A DNA stretch of 64,000 nucleotides from Candidatus Atabeyarchaeum deiterrae (GTDB lineage: Archaea > Asgardarchaeota > Atabeyarchaeia > Atabeyarchaeales > Atabeyarchaeaceae). The position numbers and the translations under genes were made by a program. The notes below the pieces were generated by a model, which worked only from the letters and a program-made list of their open reading frames with translations, did no database searches and was not told the DNA's origin. Positions 40,844 through 51,753 of this stretch are shown here, piece by piece (within the stretch, counting starts at the first letter, position 1; each line of letters opens with the position of its first letter). Where the stretch lies: contig CP147780.1 of the NCBI GenBank assembly GCA_037310415.1, positions 1,792,001-1,856,000 on the forward strand, in the 5' to 3' direction.

Positions 40844-42220
40844 TCAGCCTGATACTGTCAAATCGCCGAGTACCATGCTTGGTATCTTGCCAACATCCAA
40901 AAGGCGAGCATCTGAACCGATATGCGGAACCTTCTTGAGCGCTTCGAAGAAGCTGCCGGCCACACTTATGGATTCAAGCGGACGCGTTATTTCTCCTTTC
41001 TCGATTAGATAAGCATTTGGCGCTACTACACTAAACTCACCCGTTGTTAAGTTGGACATTCCGATGCCTATCACCTGGTCGGTGACGAGAATACCATCTC
41101 CGACTTCCTCAACCAGTTCGCTGGCGCTCTTGAGTCCATGGTTGACTACCAGGTTTGTCGTCGAAGTTTTGGGTAACTGGAGGAATGGCTCAGGCCACTC
41201 TCTTTTTGCATTACCAGTACTCTCCACATTTTCTCTGTGGGATGAGTAGCTGTTGTAGATGTATGACTTCAATACACCCTTTTCGATTATTGTGGTAGTG
41301 CGCATAGGAATTCCCTCCCCATCTATCATTGAGGTTTCGATCCCTTCTGGTAGTTGACCATCGTCAACGGCAGTAACGTTCTTGCTCGCCACTCCTTTGC
41401 CAAGCATGTTCTTGTAGCAGCTTCTGCCTTCGATCACATTTTCGGCGTCTGCCGCGGCGCCCAACATGTACGTGTATAATTCTCCGATGGACACGCTTTC
41501 CCATATCACATCGTTCTTTCCCGTCCTCCCAAGCGGTTTGGCTTTCAGCATCTTAAGTGCCTTGGTGGTTGCGTTTTCGCCAAGTTGGCTAAAGTCTACG
41601 AGTTCTCGTGTAACGATTAGATCCGATCCAGTCTTCTGTTTGCCTTCATCCGCTACCGTGCTCCTGGCGCTTGCCTTCATATATGCGGTTCTTGCAGATC
41701 CTTCTATTCCCCTTGAGTTTGCAACGGCATAACATGCTCTGACCACCGATAGACTGCCGTACAGCGATTTCACACGCTCATCATTTTGGAGCGCCCCTTT
41801 TGCAAGCTCACTGACGGACGCGAGCGCATCATCCTCAGATAACCCAATGATCCGTCTGTCGATGATGCCATCCTTTGAAGACATTGCAACGGGGTCTGGC
41901 AAGTGCTTGAAGCTAGGGTCCAAAGGGCGTATTCTTGCAACTGACATGGCCTCAATGACTGCATTTTCAACGCTCTTGCTGCTGGTTCCGGTTTCAGCAG
42001 CGAACCCCACCTTTCCTTCTACTACCACTCGGATTCCAAGACCAGCCGGGAAACCGCGCCGGCATTCGACAGTCTTTTTTCTAATGTTGACTGAAATGAT
42101 GTCTGCGGCTGAGAGGAAAGCTTCTGCCTCATTTGCGCCTTTCTGTATTGCTTTCCTGACTGCCGAGTCAGACAGAGCCAGTAGATCGCTCCGAAGTGAG
42201 TTCAAGTCTATGGTTGCCAT
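40844..42220 (-). CDS. pmbA: PmbA/TldE family protein
   Basis: GIRVVVEGKVGFA, DGEG, STGNA and TGEFS. No HExxxH motif. Confidence 0.88.
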   Translation of the reverse strand: MATIDLNSLRSDLLALSDSAVRKAIQKGANEAEAFLSAADIISVNIRKKTVECRRGFPAGLGIRVVVEGKVGFAAETGTSSKSVENAVIEAMSVARIRPLDPSFKHLPDPVAMSSKDGIIDRRIIGLSEDDALASVSELAKGALQNDERVKSLYGSLSVVRACYAVANSRGIEGSARTAYMKASARSTVADEGKQKTGSDLIVTRELVDFSQLGENATTKALKMLKAKPLGRTGKNDVIWESVSIGELYTYMLGAAADAENVIEGRSCYKNMLGKGVASKNVTAVDDGQLPEGIETSMIDGEGIPMRTTTIIEKGVLKSYIYNSYSSHRENVESTGNAKREWPEPFLQLPKTSTTNLVVNHGLKSASELVEEVGDGILVTDQVIGIGMSNLTTGEFSVVAPNAYLIEKGEITRPLESISVAGSFFEALKKVPHIGSDARLLDVGKIPSMVLGDLTVSG

Positions 42221-43650
42221 TATTCCGCGCCTCCGAACTGCACTTCACTCAGCAAGAGGTGCGGTCCTCCTATTCCAACAGGAAGTGGGAACTGCTCGAA
42301 TTTGCCACAGCCACCAAAGTAGCTGCTCCATATGAGAAGCTCCTTTGTTGCACCTTCAATATGGCTTAGAAAAGACAATATTGAACCTGAGAGTGTAACT
42401 CCGCGCAGTGGGTATTTCATCTCGCCATTTTCAACGCAGTATCCCCTAGACGCTGTGAATGTAAAGGTCCCCTCGACGCTCGCTTGCCCGCCGGATGCCC
42501 TGATGGCATAGATCCCATCTTTCAATGACTCCAAGGCTTCCTCTAGAGACAGGTCGCCTGGCGCGAAGTACGTGTTTCTCATTCTGACGATCGGAGGGAA
42601 GTTATAGTCTACCGCCCTTGCGTTCCCAGTTGAATCAGTGTTCATTGCGGACGCTGTCTCTCGGCTATGCAAATAACCGAGCAGCTTTCCCCTATCCATT
42701 ATCACAACTTTCCTCGTTTTGACTCCCTGGTCATCAACAGGTACCCAAAACCCGTTCTTTCCGTCTTGCTGCGGGGTCCCTTCATCTATTATTGTTGCAT
42801 TCTCAGACCCCAGTTGCTCTCCAAGTTTTCCCTTGAGGGCTGACATCCCAGACGTTATGAAATCTGCCTCGGTCCAGTGACCGAAGCTCTCGTGCGCAAG
42901 TACTCCCACTAACATGTTCTCACACAGAGCTCTGTGCTTGCCTGCCGGAGCTGGCTTTGCCTCGAGCTTCTCCGCCGCCCATTTACCAGCATTCTCCCCT
43001 AGCGTCTCAGGAGTATGACCTTCTGTTTCGAACCCTTCAAGCCCGAAGCTGCCGCCGAACCAATCCATTCCATCACCAAGTATGCTTCCCCTGCCAGAAA
43101 CTACGTAGACTAGGATATCAACGACTATGGGAGACCACGAACTCTCGCTTCCACTGCTGTCGACGAAGCATCTCTCACCGTACAGTTCGTGGTATGCTGC
43201 ACTGATCGATGCTATTTCTTTTCCGTGTTCTTGGGAGCTTTCGATTGTACGCATGACAAGGTCTTTCTTGAGTTCCAAAGAGGTATCTTTAGGATGTTTC
43301 TTTACTTCTAACTTCATGTCTTTCTGATTGAAATCAGGAGTATCGGCAAGTCTCAGCTTCTCTCTGGATGCCAGACTAGTCGCCTTGGCGATTCTAAAGG
43401 CTCTGCTGGCGGCCTCACTTACAGCTGTCTTTGACAGATCCACAGTGTAAGAGTAGCCAATGGCGCCCCGATAGAAAGCGTCTATTCCGATGCCTGTCCT
43501 TCGTACAGACGTCACGTCTCTGACTGCCTTGTTCTCCGCAGTAATAGTGCGAACGAATTGATCCTCGAATCTGGCCTGCACGAATTCGCTGCCCAAAGCT
43601 TCAGCCTTTTTGACACCATGCTCTAGTAGGTCAGACAAACCAACCACCAC
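42220..43650 (-). CDS. tldD: TldD family metalloprotease
   Basis: HESFGHWTEAD, DDQG, RMRNTY and GCGK motifs. Confidence 0.9.
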   Translation of the reverse strand: MVVGLSDLLEHGVKKAEALGSEFVQARFEDQFVRTITAENKAVRDVTSVRRTGIGIDAFYRGAIGYSYTVDLSKTAVSEAASRAFRIAKATSLASREKLRLADTPDFNQKDMKLEVKKHPKDTSLELKKDLVMRTIESSQEHGKEIASISAAYHELYGERCFVDSSGSESSWSPIVVDILVYVVSGRGSILGDGMDWFGGSFGLEGFETEGHTPETLGENAGKWAAEKLEAKPAPAGKHRALCENMLVGVLAHESFGHWTEADFITSGMSALKGKLGEQLGSENATIIDEGTPQQDGKNGFWVPVDDQGVKTRKVVIMDRGKLLGYLHSRETASAMNTDSTGNARAVDYNFPPIVRMRNTYFAPGDLSLEEALESLKDGIYAIRASGGQASVEGTFTFTASRGYCVENGEMKYPLRGVTLSGSILSFLSHIEGATKELLIWSSYFGGCGKFEQFPLPVGIGGPHLLLSEVQFGGAE

Positions 43651-43903
43651 GTTGGAGTTGAATGAGGGAATGGATTCTTATAGGTTTCTTATCTGAGGGC
43701 CTGGGAAAAATGGCTATTTCTCAGAAGAAGTGAACTCCGTTGGGCCTTTGAGCTTGCTCGGTGACCCCAGCTCATTCCGCTCTTGTTCTTGAGCTGATGT
43801 CGCAAAAAGAAGTCGACAAGATAACCCAAAAATAGAATAAAGAATGCAGATACACAAACTGCATCCCGCAGGTTAACCTCTTCACTGATCTTCAAGTTCT
43901 TTC

Positions 43904-44638
43904 CTAGTCAAGTTTCTCGAATTCTGTCTTTGCCGCTCCGCACACGGGACAAACCCAGTCGTCCGGCAGATTCTCGAATGGCGTTCCGGGCTTTACTCCT
44001 GAGTCGGGGTCGCCTTGTGCCGGGTCATAAATGTACCCGCAAACGGAGCACTTGTACTTGGACATCTTCGGCTGAGCAGCCGCCTTAGCCGGTTTAGCAG
44101 CAGGTGCTTTCTTCGACATACCTTTAGCCTCCTCTTTTATGTATGTTGCAGCAGTCTTGGGTGTAAGTCCTTTTTTCACTTGATGGTAATAATCATAAGT
44201 CATTGGTTCTGCGTCGGATTTAAGAATATCGGCATCGACCACTTTTCCAAGGAAGACAGTATGAGTGCCACAGTCAAGGCTCCCGATGACTTGAGCCTCA
44301 AAGTAACCCATGCCATAGTCCAAGACTATTGGAGCACCAGTTACGCCAACCCTGTATTTTGCGTTCTTGAACTTGTCTACGTCTCTGCCAGACTTGAAAC
44401 CGAATGTTCCTATGAAAGTCATCGGCGTTTCAGTTGATAGAATCGTCGCGGTGTAGACTTTGCTCGTCTGTATGTAACTGTGAGTCAGGTTTTGTTTGTT
44501 GATACTCGCAACTATCTCTGGTGGCTCGCTTGTCACTTGGAAAAGGCTATTACAGATTTGCCCGTTGAATCTTCCTTCCTTCTTTGAAGAAACAACGAAC
44601 ATTCCGCAACAAATTCTGCGAAAAGTATCAGTATTCAT
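43904..44638 (-). CDS. hrb: Flavin reductase-rubredoxin fusion (high-molecular-weight rubredoxin)
   Basis: [11 protein letters not shown] and GTHTVF, plus C-terminal [10 protein letters not shown]...WVCPVC. Confidence 0.9.
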   Translation of the reverse strand: MNTDTFRRICCGMFVVSSKKEGRFNGQICNSLFQVTSEPPEIVASINKQNLTHSYIQTSKVYTATILSTETPMTFIGTFGFKSGRDVDKFKNAKYRVGVTGAPIVLDYGMGYFEAQVIGSLDCGTHTVFLGKVVDADILKSDAEPMTYDYYHQVKKGLTPKTAATYIKEEAKGMSKKAPAAKPAKAAAQPKMSKYKCSVCGYIYDPAQGDPDSGVKPGTPFENLPDDWVCPVCGAAKTEFEKLD

Positions 44639-44794
44639 TCTACCTCTCCTCAGCGATGGTGATAGCACTTTAGCTTGAAGTTGATTTGAGCTGCTAAATA
44701 ATCTTTTCCGTCATGTTAGCGAGAGTCCATCGGACTACTCTTACTGGGTCCGCACTATGCTTATATACAATGTAATATAGCTTTTGACGAGGAG

Positions 44795-45088
44795 ATGGAT
44801 GCAATGAAGCTGACGGTGCGATACTTTACGATACTTCGCAGCATCACAGGGAAGCGTGAAGAGAGAATCGACGCCGACGAGGGCTCTACAATAGAAGACA
44901 TACTTAGAACGCTTGTAAAGAAATATGGAAAGGATTTCGAAAAACTTGTTCATTCGGGAAGGGAACAGAGAGGGCTGAAGATTCTTTTCTTTGTTGACGG
45001 GCGCAATATCGAGGAGATGGAGAGTCTGAAAACTAGGCTTAATGGCGGCAGTGTGGTTGCACTGATGCCTCCGGTTGCTGGCGGTTGA
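44795..45088 (+). CDS. MoaD/ThiS/SAMP ubiquitin-like sulfur carrier
   Basis: Beta-grasp size, ending PPVAGG. Confidence 0.9.
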   Translation: MDAMKLTVRYFTILRSITGKREERIDADEGSTIEDILRTLVKKYGKDFEKLVHSGREQRGLKILFFVDGRNIEEMESLKTRLNGGSVVALMPPVAGG

Positions 45089-45093
45089 TCGGA

Positions 45094-46038
45094 TCAGCGA
45101 AGCGTGCCAGGGTCGCTGTAGTGAGGCTTCTCTTTGTGAATTCTGTCAATGATTTCTGTCTGGAAAACATCGCTTTTGCTCAAGGGCTTTGAAATGTAGC
45201 CCATTTCTTTCAGCACAGGCACAAATGATAGCGTAGATTTCACATACTCTTCAGGGAGGCTTGCGCAGTATTTCGGTGAAACCTTGAACACTTCTAACAG
45301 AAAGTCTTTGCTCACGATGCCTATTGCCTTTGAAGCCATCCTCGCAGCCTCCTCGGGCTTCTCTCTTATGAGATTGGATGCTTCCTCGTGCAGTAAGAGA
45401 AAGTCTTCCAACATCTTGCTCGAGTTCCTTATCGTTTCAGAAGTTGCCACAATCCCGTAGCTTGGGTTGTAAGGCCACATGACTTCTGGTGGCAAGATCA
45501 TCCTTGCTTTGAGGAAGATAGCACATAAAATGGCGAGTTGAGGTGTGCCGCAGCCACCGTGAACAGTTTTTTCTTCCATTGCTTCCAGTACGAAATCAGT
45601 CCATGGGAAGTTCTTGATCTCTACATCTCCTTGTAGTCCTGCTTGGCTTACTAGTCTGCGAATAATTACATCATGGATTGATCCTTTAGTTGGTGTGCCA
45701 ATAGCTTTTCCCTTGAACTGTCTGAGAACCCCGCTGACTGTTCCGACTTCATTCAATGGGATGAAATCGCTCGTGGCAGTCAGGATCGTGCCTTCGACGT
45801 GTCCGCCAGCAACACACTTGACCGCAAGACCTTTGCTGATTCCGATCATGGTTGGGGGCAACCCAATGTAGGCAATGTCTAATTCTCCTCTAATGAATGC
45901 CTTGATCATCTCTGGACCAGTCCCGAAGATCCTCCAGCTTACGTCAACGTTCATTCGATTCTCAACCCATTCCCCTCCCATGAGGACGAAGGCTGTGTGA
46001 TATGCGGTTGAGAGATGACCGATCCTAAGCTGCTTCAT
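45094..46038 (-). CDS. NMT1/SsuA/TauA-type ABC substrate-binding protein
   Basis: GHLSTAYH, GELDIAYIGLPP and GSIHDV. No signal peptide evident. Confidence 0.8.
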   Translation of the reverse strand: MKQLRIGHLSTAYHTAFVLMGGEWVENRMNVDVSWRIFGTGPEMIKAFIRGELDIAYIGLPPTMIGISKGLAVKCVAGGHVEGTILTATSDFIPLNEVGTVSGVLRQFKGKAIGTPTKGSIHDVIIRRLVSQAGLQGDVEIKNFPWTDFVLEAMEEKTVHGGCGTPQLAILCAIFLKARMILPPEVMWPYNPSYGIVATSETIRNSSKMLEDFLLLHEEASNLIREKPEEAARMASKAIGIVSKDFLLEVFKVSPKYCASLPEEYVKSTLSFVPVLKEMGYISKPLSKSDVFQTEIIDRIHKEKPHYSDPGTLR

Positions 46039-46087
46039 TGATGTGAGGCCTCCATTGTGGCCAATGCCATGTTTGTTATGAGTTACC

Positions 46088-47227
46088 CTATTCCCTTAAA
46101 GCTTCCATTACGTTGCTCTTTATGTGGGTGGGGGTAAGAGGGACATCTGGAAGATCCGCATTTCCAGGCCTGGCTATCACATGAACGAAATTCGGACCAC
46201 CTTTGAGGCAATCCTCCAATACGGATAGAATCTCCACTCGGCTAGCAACTTTGGAAACCCTTCTTATGCCAAGACCTATTGCAGTGGTCGCGAGATCAAC
46301 GCCGTGGCTTGTTGCCGTCGCTTGGTTTCCGGTTGATCCATGCACACCGTTGTCTATTTCAAGAATGGTGAGATTACTCGGCTCAGCGATCGCTATCGTG
46401 GAGAGGGTGCCCAAGTTTGTTAATGTGCTACCATCTCCTTCGATCACGGTTACATGTTTCGAAGTGAACAGTGATATCCCTAGTCCTATTGATGAGGCTA
46501 AACCCATGCTTCCAAGCATGTAAAAGTTGGATTTCTGGTTAATTACGGAGTGCAATTCTTTGCATGGGACTCCCAGATTGCATACGACTACTTTTCCTTC
46601 AAGATAGGGAATAGCAGTCTTGAGTATCTCAAGCCTTGTTAGGATCGGTTCAGGGTGTCTCGACCGTTCGATCGTTTGGACATGAGCAGCTTTTCTGTTT
46701 CTGGATTCACCTGTGTTATCACTCGTGGGTACTTCATGTTCCCATATCGAAGGACTAAGTAGAACCGCGCGGACTTCATTATCTTCATATGCCTTGAGAG
46801 CTGCTTCAGCTATGCGGGGGGCATCTTTGCCGTCCTCAATAACGCTGTACTTGATGCCTACAGCCCTGAGTATCTTGGGTAGGTTTTCCCCGAGGGGAAC
46901 TTGAGCCGGAATCTTCTCCTTGTAGACTCCTCTCCAGCTAACTAAGATCAAAAGAGGCAATTGATAAGTTAGGGTCAGAGAGCATAATGCATTCATCATG
47001 TTACCTATTCCAGAGCTTTGAACTAGCATTGCGGGTTTGGCGCCTGCGAAATACGCCCCAGCACAGATTCCAACTCCTTCTTCTTCGCGAGATAATATGA
47101 CATGTCTAAACCTGCGTGCCGTTATTTGGTAAAGACGCTTCACCTTTTCGCATGGAAGCATTGCGAAGAAGTCTATACCTGCTTCTGCTAGTATTTCAAC
47201 TATTGTCTGAGAGATCTCGGAACCCAT
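46088..47227 (-). CDS. comDE: Fused sulfopyruvate decarboxylase (ComD-ComE)
   Basis: LPCEK, REEEGVGICAG and QSSGIGN (ComD) plus NFYMLGSMG, GDGS and DNG..GSTGNQ (ComE, TPP binding). Confidence 0.85.
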   Translation of the reverse strand: MGSEISQTIVEILAEAGIDFFAMLPCEKVKRLYQITARRFRHVILSREEEGVGICAGAYFAGAKPAMLVQSSGIGNMMNALCSLTLTYQLPLLILVSWRGVYKEKIPAQVPLGENLPKILRAVGIKYSVIEDGKDAPRIAEAALKAYEDNEVRAVLLSPSIWEHEVPTSDNTGESRNRKAAHVQTIERSRHPEPILTRLEILKTAIPYLEGKVVVCNLGVPCKELHSVINQKSNFYMLGSMGLASSIGLGISLFTSKHVTVIEGDGSTLTNLGTLSTIAIAEPSNLTILEIDNGVHGSTGNQATATSHGVDLATTAIGLGIRRVSKVASRVEILSVLEDCLKGGPNFVHVIARPGNADLPDVPLTPTHIKSNVMEALRE

Positions 47228-47449
47228 CAGCGAATCCTCCTCTTTCAAGTTCAGCAATAGCGAGTTACTGATCCGCTTTCTGCACCATTCTCCTTTGAGA
47301 CTGTGACCAAGCTAGGTTAGAGTTTCTTGCATATTAATAGAATAGTGCTGGAGTCTCTTTTGATGATTGAGCATGGAATGCGCTCGTCGCCTAGATTGAC
47401 AATAATGCTTAAATTACATCACGCTTAATGGGAGAAGGAGGCGTGAAGT

Positions 47450-48622
47450 ATGGCTCCAAAGAAAGTTCAGGATGTCATTTCGAAGGATTTTGCAAGTTGC
47501 CGTGAGAATGATCCTCTGTCCCGTTGCCTTGAACTCTTTGAAAAAGGCAAACCGCCAGCATTAGTTGTGCTTGATGTCAAGGGCAAGTATAAAGGTGTTT
47601 TGGCTCAGCGGTGGATAACGAGATCTGGACTCGACCCATCCAAAGCCAAGGTCGAGAACCTGATGCGTTCCGCTCCTAAGCTTGCGCCTGAAGACTCACT
47701 AAGTAGGGCGGCTCAGCTCATGATAGAGAGTGAAATAAAGCAGCTTCCAGTTTTCGACAAAGACAAACTTGTGGGTTTCGTTACTGACGAGGATATTGCT
47801 CATGCGGCGGTCATTGACGAATGGGGAAACATGCACGTCAATCAAACTATGACAAAGAAACCCTACGTCGTTGAAGAAGACGAATCTGTCGGAGCTGTTC
47901 TAAGCCTCTTCAGAGAACATGACATATCTCACGCTCCCGTGATGAGCAAAGGAAAGCTAGTCGGGATGGTAAGTGTGATCGATTTCGTGAAACACTTGCT
48001 TAAGCCTCTAGAACGGCCAAGACGAAGCGGCTTCACAGTTGAGAAGTCGAAGATGCTGGGGGGTCTTGTAAAAGACATAATGTCATCACCTGTCGTCACC
48101 GTAACACCTTTCACTACCCTGAGGGATGCAGAAGAAAAAATGCATAAAAGCGGTGTGCACTCACTGGTAGTAATCGAAGAAGGCAAGATCGTAGGCATCG
48201 TAACAAAGAGAGACTTCCTTGAACCATTGGCGCAGACGGAAATGAAGGAGAGAGGTGTGAATGTTCAGTTTGCAAACAAGGAAGTAAGGATAGATGATAT
48301 CGAACGGCAACACATACTAGATGATTTCAAGTCTTTTGCGGAAAGATACCAGAAGTTGGTTGAGCCTGGTACGCTCTTCGTTTATATGAAAACCCATGGA
48401 GCAAACCACAGAGGGGAACAGCTAATTCATACTCGTCTCCAACTGAGAACAAAGACAGGCAATTTCTTCAGCTCCGCTGACGGATATAACGCCGAACAGA
48501 CGTTCCGGGTAGGTTTGGAGCACCTCGAAAGACAGTTGGTCAAAAGCAAGGAGTTCGAAGAGACCAAAGATTTTACTGAGAACTATCTGAGGCGAATAGG
48601 ATGGCCCAATTCAGAACTCTGA
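47450..48622 (+). CDS. 4xCBS + C-terminal HPF/RaiA-like domain, putative archaeal ribosome hibernation factor (HibA-like)
   Basis: Four CBS repeats and a C-terminal beta-alpha-beta-beta-beta-alpha segment ending ...ADGYNAEQTFRVGLEHLERQLVKSK. Confidence 0.75.
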   Translation: MAPKKVQDVISKDFASCRENDPLSRCLELFEKGKPPALVVLDVKGKYKGVLAQRWITRSGLDPSKAKVENLMRSAPKLAPEDSLSRAAQLMIESEIKQLPVFDKDKLVGFVTDEDIAHAAVIDEWGNMHVNQTMTKKPYVVEEDESVGAVLSLFREHDISHAPVMSKGKLVGMVSVIDFVKHLLKPLERPRRSGFTVEKSKMLGGLVKDIMSSPVVTVTPFTTLRDAEEKMHKSGVHSLVVIEEGKIVGIVTKRDFLEPLAQTEMKERGVNVQFANKEVRIDDIERQHILDDFKSFAERYQKLVEPGTLFVYMKTHGANHRGEQLIHTRLQLRTKTGNFFSSADGYNAEQTFRVGLEHLERQLVKSKEFEETKDFTENYLRRIGWPNSEL

Positions 48623-49219
48623 ATCTCACCACATTCATTTGAACTGCCTTGTTAGATCTTAGACTAGAAGCACAAGTTACTGCTCTTACAGACCTACATT
48701 CTCCTTTTTGACGACCAGCCTCGCGCCAGAGTCTCCCTTCCATGAAGAAGGTGATTTGATGGAAGAAAGGTGCATCTCCTGTTTCTGCCAGATCTGCGTC
48801 AGTTATCTATCTCACGCTTGGTCCCTATCAGCGTAGTCTTTCGGATTACGCGATATGATGAACCTATTTACAGGATAGGAAACGCTTTTCGATAGTCGGC
48901 CCCAGAATGCCACACTTTGCCCTTTGTTGGATATCTATGATGACCAATCCAGACATGAGCCTCAACGTCCTCAAGCATGTAGTACTTGAGAACCTGCTCA
49001 GGATGTCCTCCTTCGTGACACGTGGTGTATTCTCCCAGACCACCAGCACTAGACTTTCAAGGAGAGTCGCCAACTCCTCGTCGCCGTTTTCTTCAAGTTT
49101 CAGCCGAGCTCGAATCCCTACTATGGCCTAAGTCAGCTCCCCGAAGTTGGGATATGGGCTTTATATGTTTCGAGAGCGTTCTTGCCTTATGATGAAAGAT
49201 GATGGTGGGGTAGAAAATA

Positions 49220-50563
49220 GTGGTCAAAGACCTGGAGAAGGTCAAGCGGGAACTAGTTCATCAGTTCCCGCTGCACGTGTGCAAATTGCTAAAACAGAAA
49301 GAAGTAATGACACTGCTTCTGTCACTTATCGTGTTGGTGTCGTTGCTCCCAGCAAATTGTAGCTCCTCGGCATTGACAACTGCGGTGGCTCAACAGCCGC
49401 CTATAAAGTTCATACGCACTGTTCAAGTAACGCCAGATGACCAATTCCTGACTGGCAGCTTCGCCCGCATCAATTATGTTCCTGCAACTGATCGTTTTGT
49501 TGTCACATTTGGAACGAAAGCCAGTACACAGACGAATGTAACTCTGGGAGCAGGATACGCCTACAAGGAGTATACCCTAGAAATGCAGGAGACCGGCCGT
49601 ACCGGTCTCCTCGAATGGTACGCCAATTCGAGTGAGGCAGGTGATTCAGGCTCATGCATGGTCAACAACACCTACTATTGTGCATTCGTGTCCCAGAACC
49701 AGGGAAACCCCTATGGCTGGCGCCTAATCAAATACGACGCTGCCAACTGGACGAGACTACAAGAGGCGTACGTTCCGCTTCCAGAACCAAACGAGGGAAA
49801 CACCGATCCAATGGTTGCATACATTAACGGGCAGCTTGACGTAAGTGGCCAGTATAACTCTTCAGGAATATGGCAGGAAGGGAATTCAACTGTTCATCAC
49901 TTCTTCACGGCCAATCTCGAACCGATACGACTGATTAACCTCGCAGATACTCCGCACATTTGTGGGTCCTCCATTGTTTTTGTGGATGACGTCTACTATT
50001 TTGTCTCGGCCAACTCTTACTTTGGCGGTTTGGTGCTAATGAAATACAATAGTGACTGGAACTATCTTGGGATGAAGAACTTGACTCAGCAGGCCCATTG
50101 GTCACAAGGCATGGTGTTTGACGGAGAACGCTTCTATGTCGCTTACTTGGACACCAGCGGGAGAAGTCATCCAACCTTCTTTCCAGTCTACCCGAACGTG
50201 CACCTCGCAGTATTTGACCGCAATTGGAACCTCTTGCACGACGCGATTCTCACAAATTTCCCCTACGGGGGTGACAAGAAGGGAGGAAGACCGTGGGTGA
50301 CGCTCCATGGGAACCTGCTGTACGTATCCTACGATGTGGACACGGTGAATACAACGACGGAAAATGAGGACCTAAAGTGGCAGGCCTATGTGGCTGTTTT
50401 TGAGATATCACAGGTAACGCAAGGAGTACCTTGGCCGTCGTTAATCTTTGCAGCAGGAATCGTGGTTGTTGCCGGTGTAGCAGTTACATATATCTTCCTG
50501 AAGAGACGTGAACGAAGGTCAACCTCCGGATATTCGAAGCATAGAAGATTCTACGACCACTGA
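49220..50563 (+). CDS. Secreted, C-terminally anchored beta-rich (propeller-like) surface protein
   Basis: Signal-like LLLSLIVLVSLLPA, many NxS/T sequons, and a C-terminal TM helix followed by KRRERR. The true start is probably MTLLL. Confidence 0.65.
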   Translation: MVKDLEKVKRELVHQFPLHVCKLLKQKEVMTLLLSLIVLVSLLPANCSSSALTTAVAQQPPIKFIRTVQVTPDDQFLTGSFARINYVPATDRFVVTFGTKASTQTNVTLGAGYAYKEYTLEMQETGRTGLLEWYANSSEAGDSGSCMVNNTYYCAFVSQNQGNPYGWRLIKYDAANWTRLQEAYVPLPEPNEGNTDPMVAYINGQLDVSGQYNSSGIWQEGNSTVHHFFTANLEPIRLINLADTPHICGSSIVFVDDVYYFVSANSYFGGLVLMKYNSDWNYLGMKNLTQQAHWSQGMVFDGERFYVAYLDTSGRSHPTFFPVYPNVHLAVFDRNWNLLHDAILTNFPYGGDKKGGRPWVTLHGNLLYVSYDVDTVNTTTENEDLKWQAYVAVFEISQVTQGVPWPSLIFAAGIVVVAGVAVTYIFLKRRERRSTSGYSKHRRFYDH

Positions 50564-50761
50564 CAAAATCACCCTGCGGCTTTGAATGTCACTTAGTATA
50601 CAAATATGTGTGGTTATAGACCTACAGCCTTCTTTTTGGCGACCAATGTACGATAAGAATTTCTGTTGGAGTGTGTTGAAGAAAGAGAGATCTGTAAGGA
50701 CACGATTTCGTGGGCACAGGAAAGACTTATTCCTATTGCAGTCTGATTTCACTCGAGTCTT

Positions 50762-51634
50762 TCAATCCTTTTTCAATATTCTTGCCTTGGCTTTCTTCGC
50801 ATCGTCATGAACTGGATCAACGTTGAGCGCCTCATCGTAGCATTTTGTCGCTTCTTGGGTTATTCCAAGCTGCTCGAATGTTGTGCCCATACTGTACCAT
50901 GCGTCTGCATCTCTCGGGTTTATTCTGATTACCGTTTTGAAACATACGATTGCATCTTCAAACCTGCCCAGATCCTGCAGAGTGGCACCTCTATTGTACC
51001 ATGCTTCAAGATAATCCGGAGCTATCTTGATAGCTTCATCGTAGCATGTTATTGCTTCCTCAAGCCTGTCAAGCTGACCGAGAGTCGCGCCTTTGTTGAC
51101 CCATGCGCCAGCGAGTTTGGGGTCTAGTCTGATGGCTTCGTCATAGCATTTTATTGCTTCCTCGAACCTGCCCAGATGCTTCAACGCTAGGCCTTCGTTA
51201 TTCCAAGCCATAGTAAACTTCGGATCTAGCTTGGTCGCTTGCTGATAACAAGTTAGTGCTTCCTCAGCTCTACCACTCTCATAGAGAGCAACACCCTTGT
51301 TGCACCACGCTTCAGCGTGGTTGGAGTTCAGTTCAATTGCTTTTTCGTAGCATTTCAGCGCCTCTTCAATTCTGCTAAGCCCATGGAGAGCCACGCCCTT
51401 ATTCACCCAGGCTTCCACGAGTCTTGGATCGATTTCGGTCGCCTTGTTAAAACACTCAAGTGCATCGTTGGTTTTGCCTAGCCTAATCAGTTTAAGACCC
51501 TTGTTGTACCATTGAGCGGCCTCTTCGTTCTGTTTTGGTTGCGTTGGCAAGGTGCATTGCCTCTTGCATACGTGTCGTGTTCGTTGGCACTTCTTTTCCT
51601 GAAGAATTTCTCCTTTATATAGGTAGCTGCCCAC
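50762..51634 (-). CDS. TPR repeat protein
   Basis: About seven AWxNKGxxLxxLGRxEEA repeats. The start is probably downstream of the ORF-track start. Confidence 0.9.
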   Translation of the reverse strand: MGSYLYKGEILQEKKCQRTRHVCKRQCTLPTQPKQNEEAAQWYNKGLKLIRLGKTNDALECFNKATEIDPRLVEAWVNKGVALHGLSRIEEALKCYEKAIELNSNHAEAWCNKGVALYESGRAEEALTCYQQATKLDPKFTMAWNNEGLALKHLGRFEEAIKCYDEAIRLDPKLAGAWVNKGATLGQLDRLEEAITCYDEAIKIAPDYLEAWYNRGATLQDLGRFEDAIVCFKTVIRINPRDADAWYSMGTTFEQLGITQEATKCYDEALNVDPVHDDAKKAKARILKKD

Positions 51635-51753
51635 GTTAAACAGCTGCTTGTTGCGACCAAAAACTTATCATGAATCTGAGCTCATGTTGTGAAGCAAAAG
51701 GGCATAACTATAATGCTTTGAGATTCAGTTTGGTTAAGAAGGTGTTTGTTGAG

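Noticed and set aside
48864-49130. Protein-like fragment on the minus strand (...ARLKLEENGDEELATLLESLV...)
   Set aside because: No credible start and no recognisable family. It may be a gene remnant but cannot be supported.
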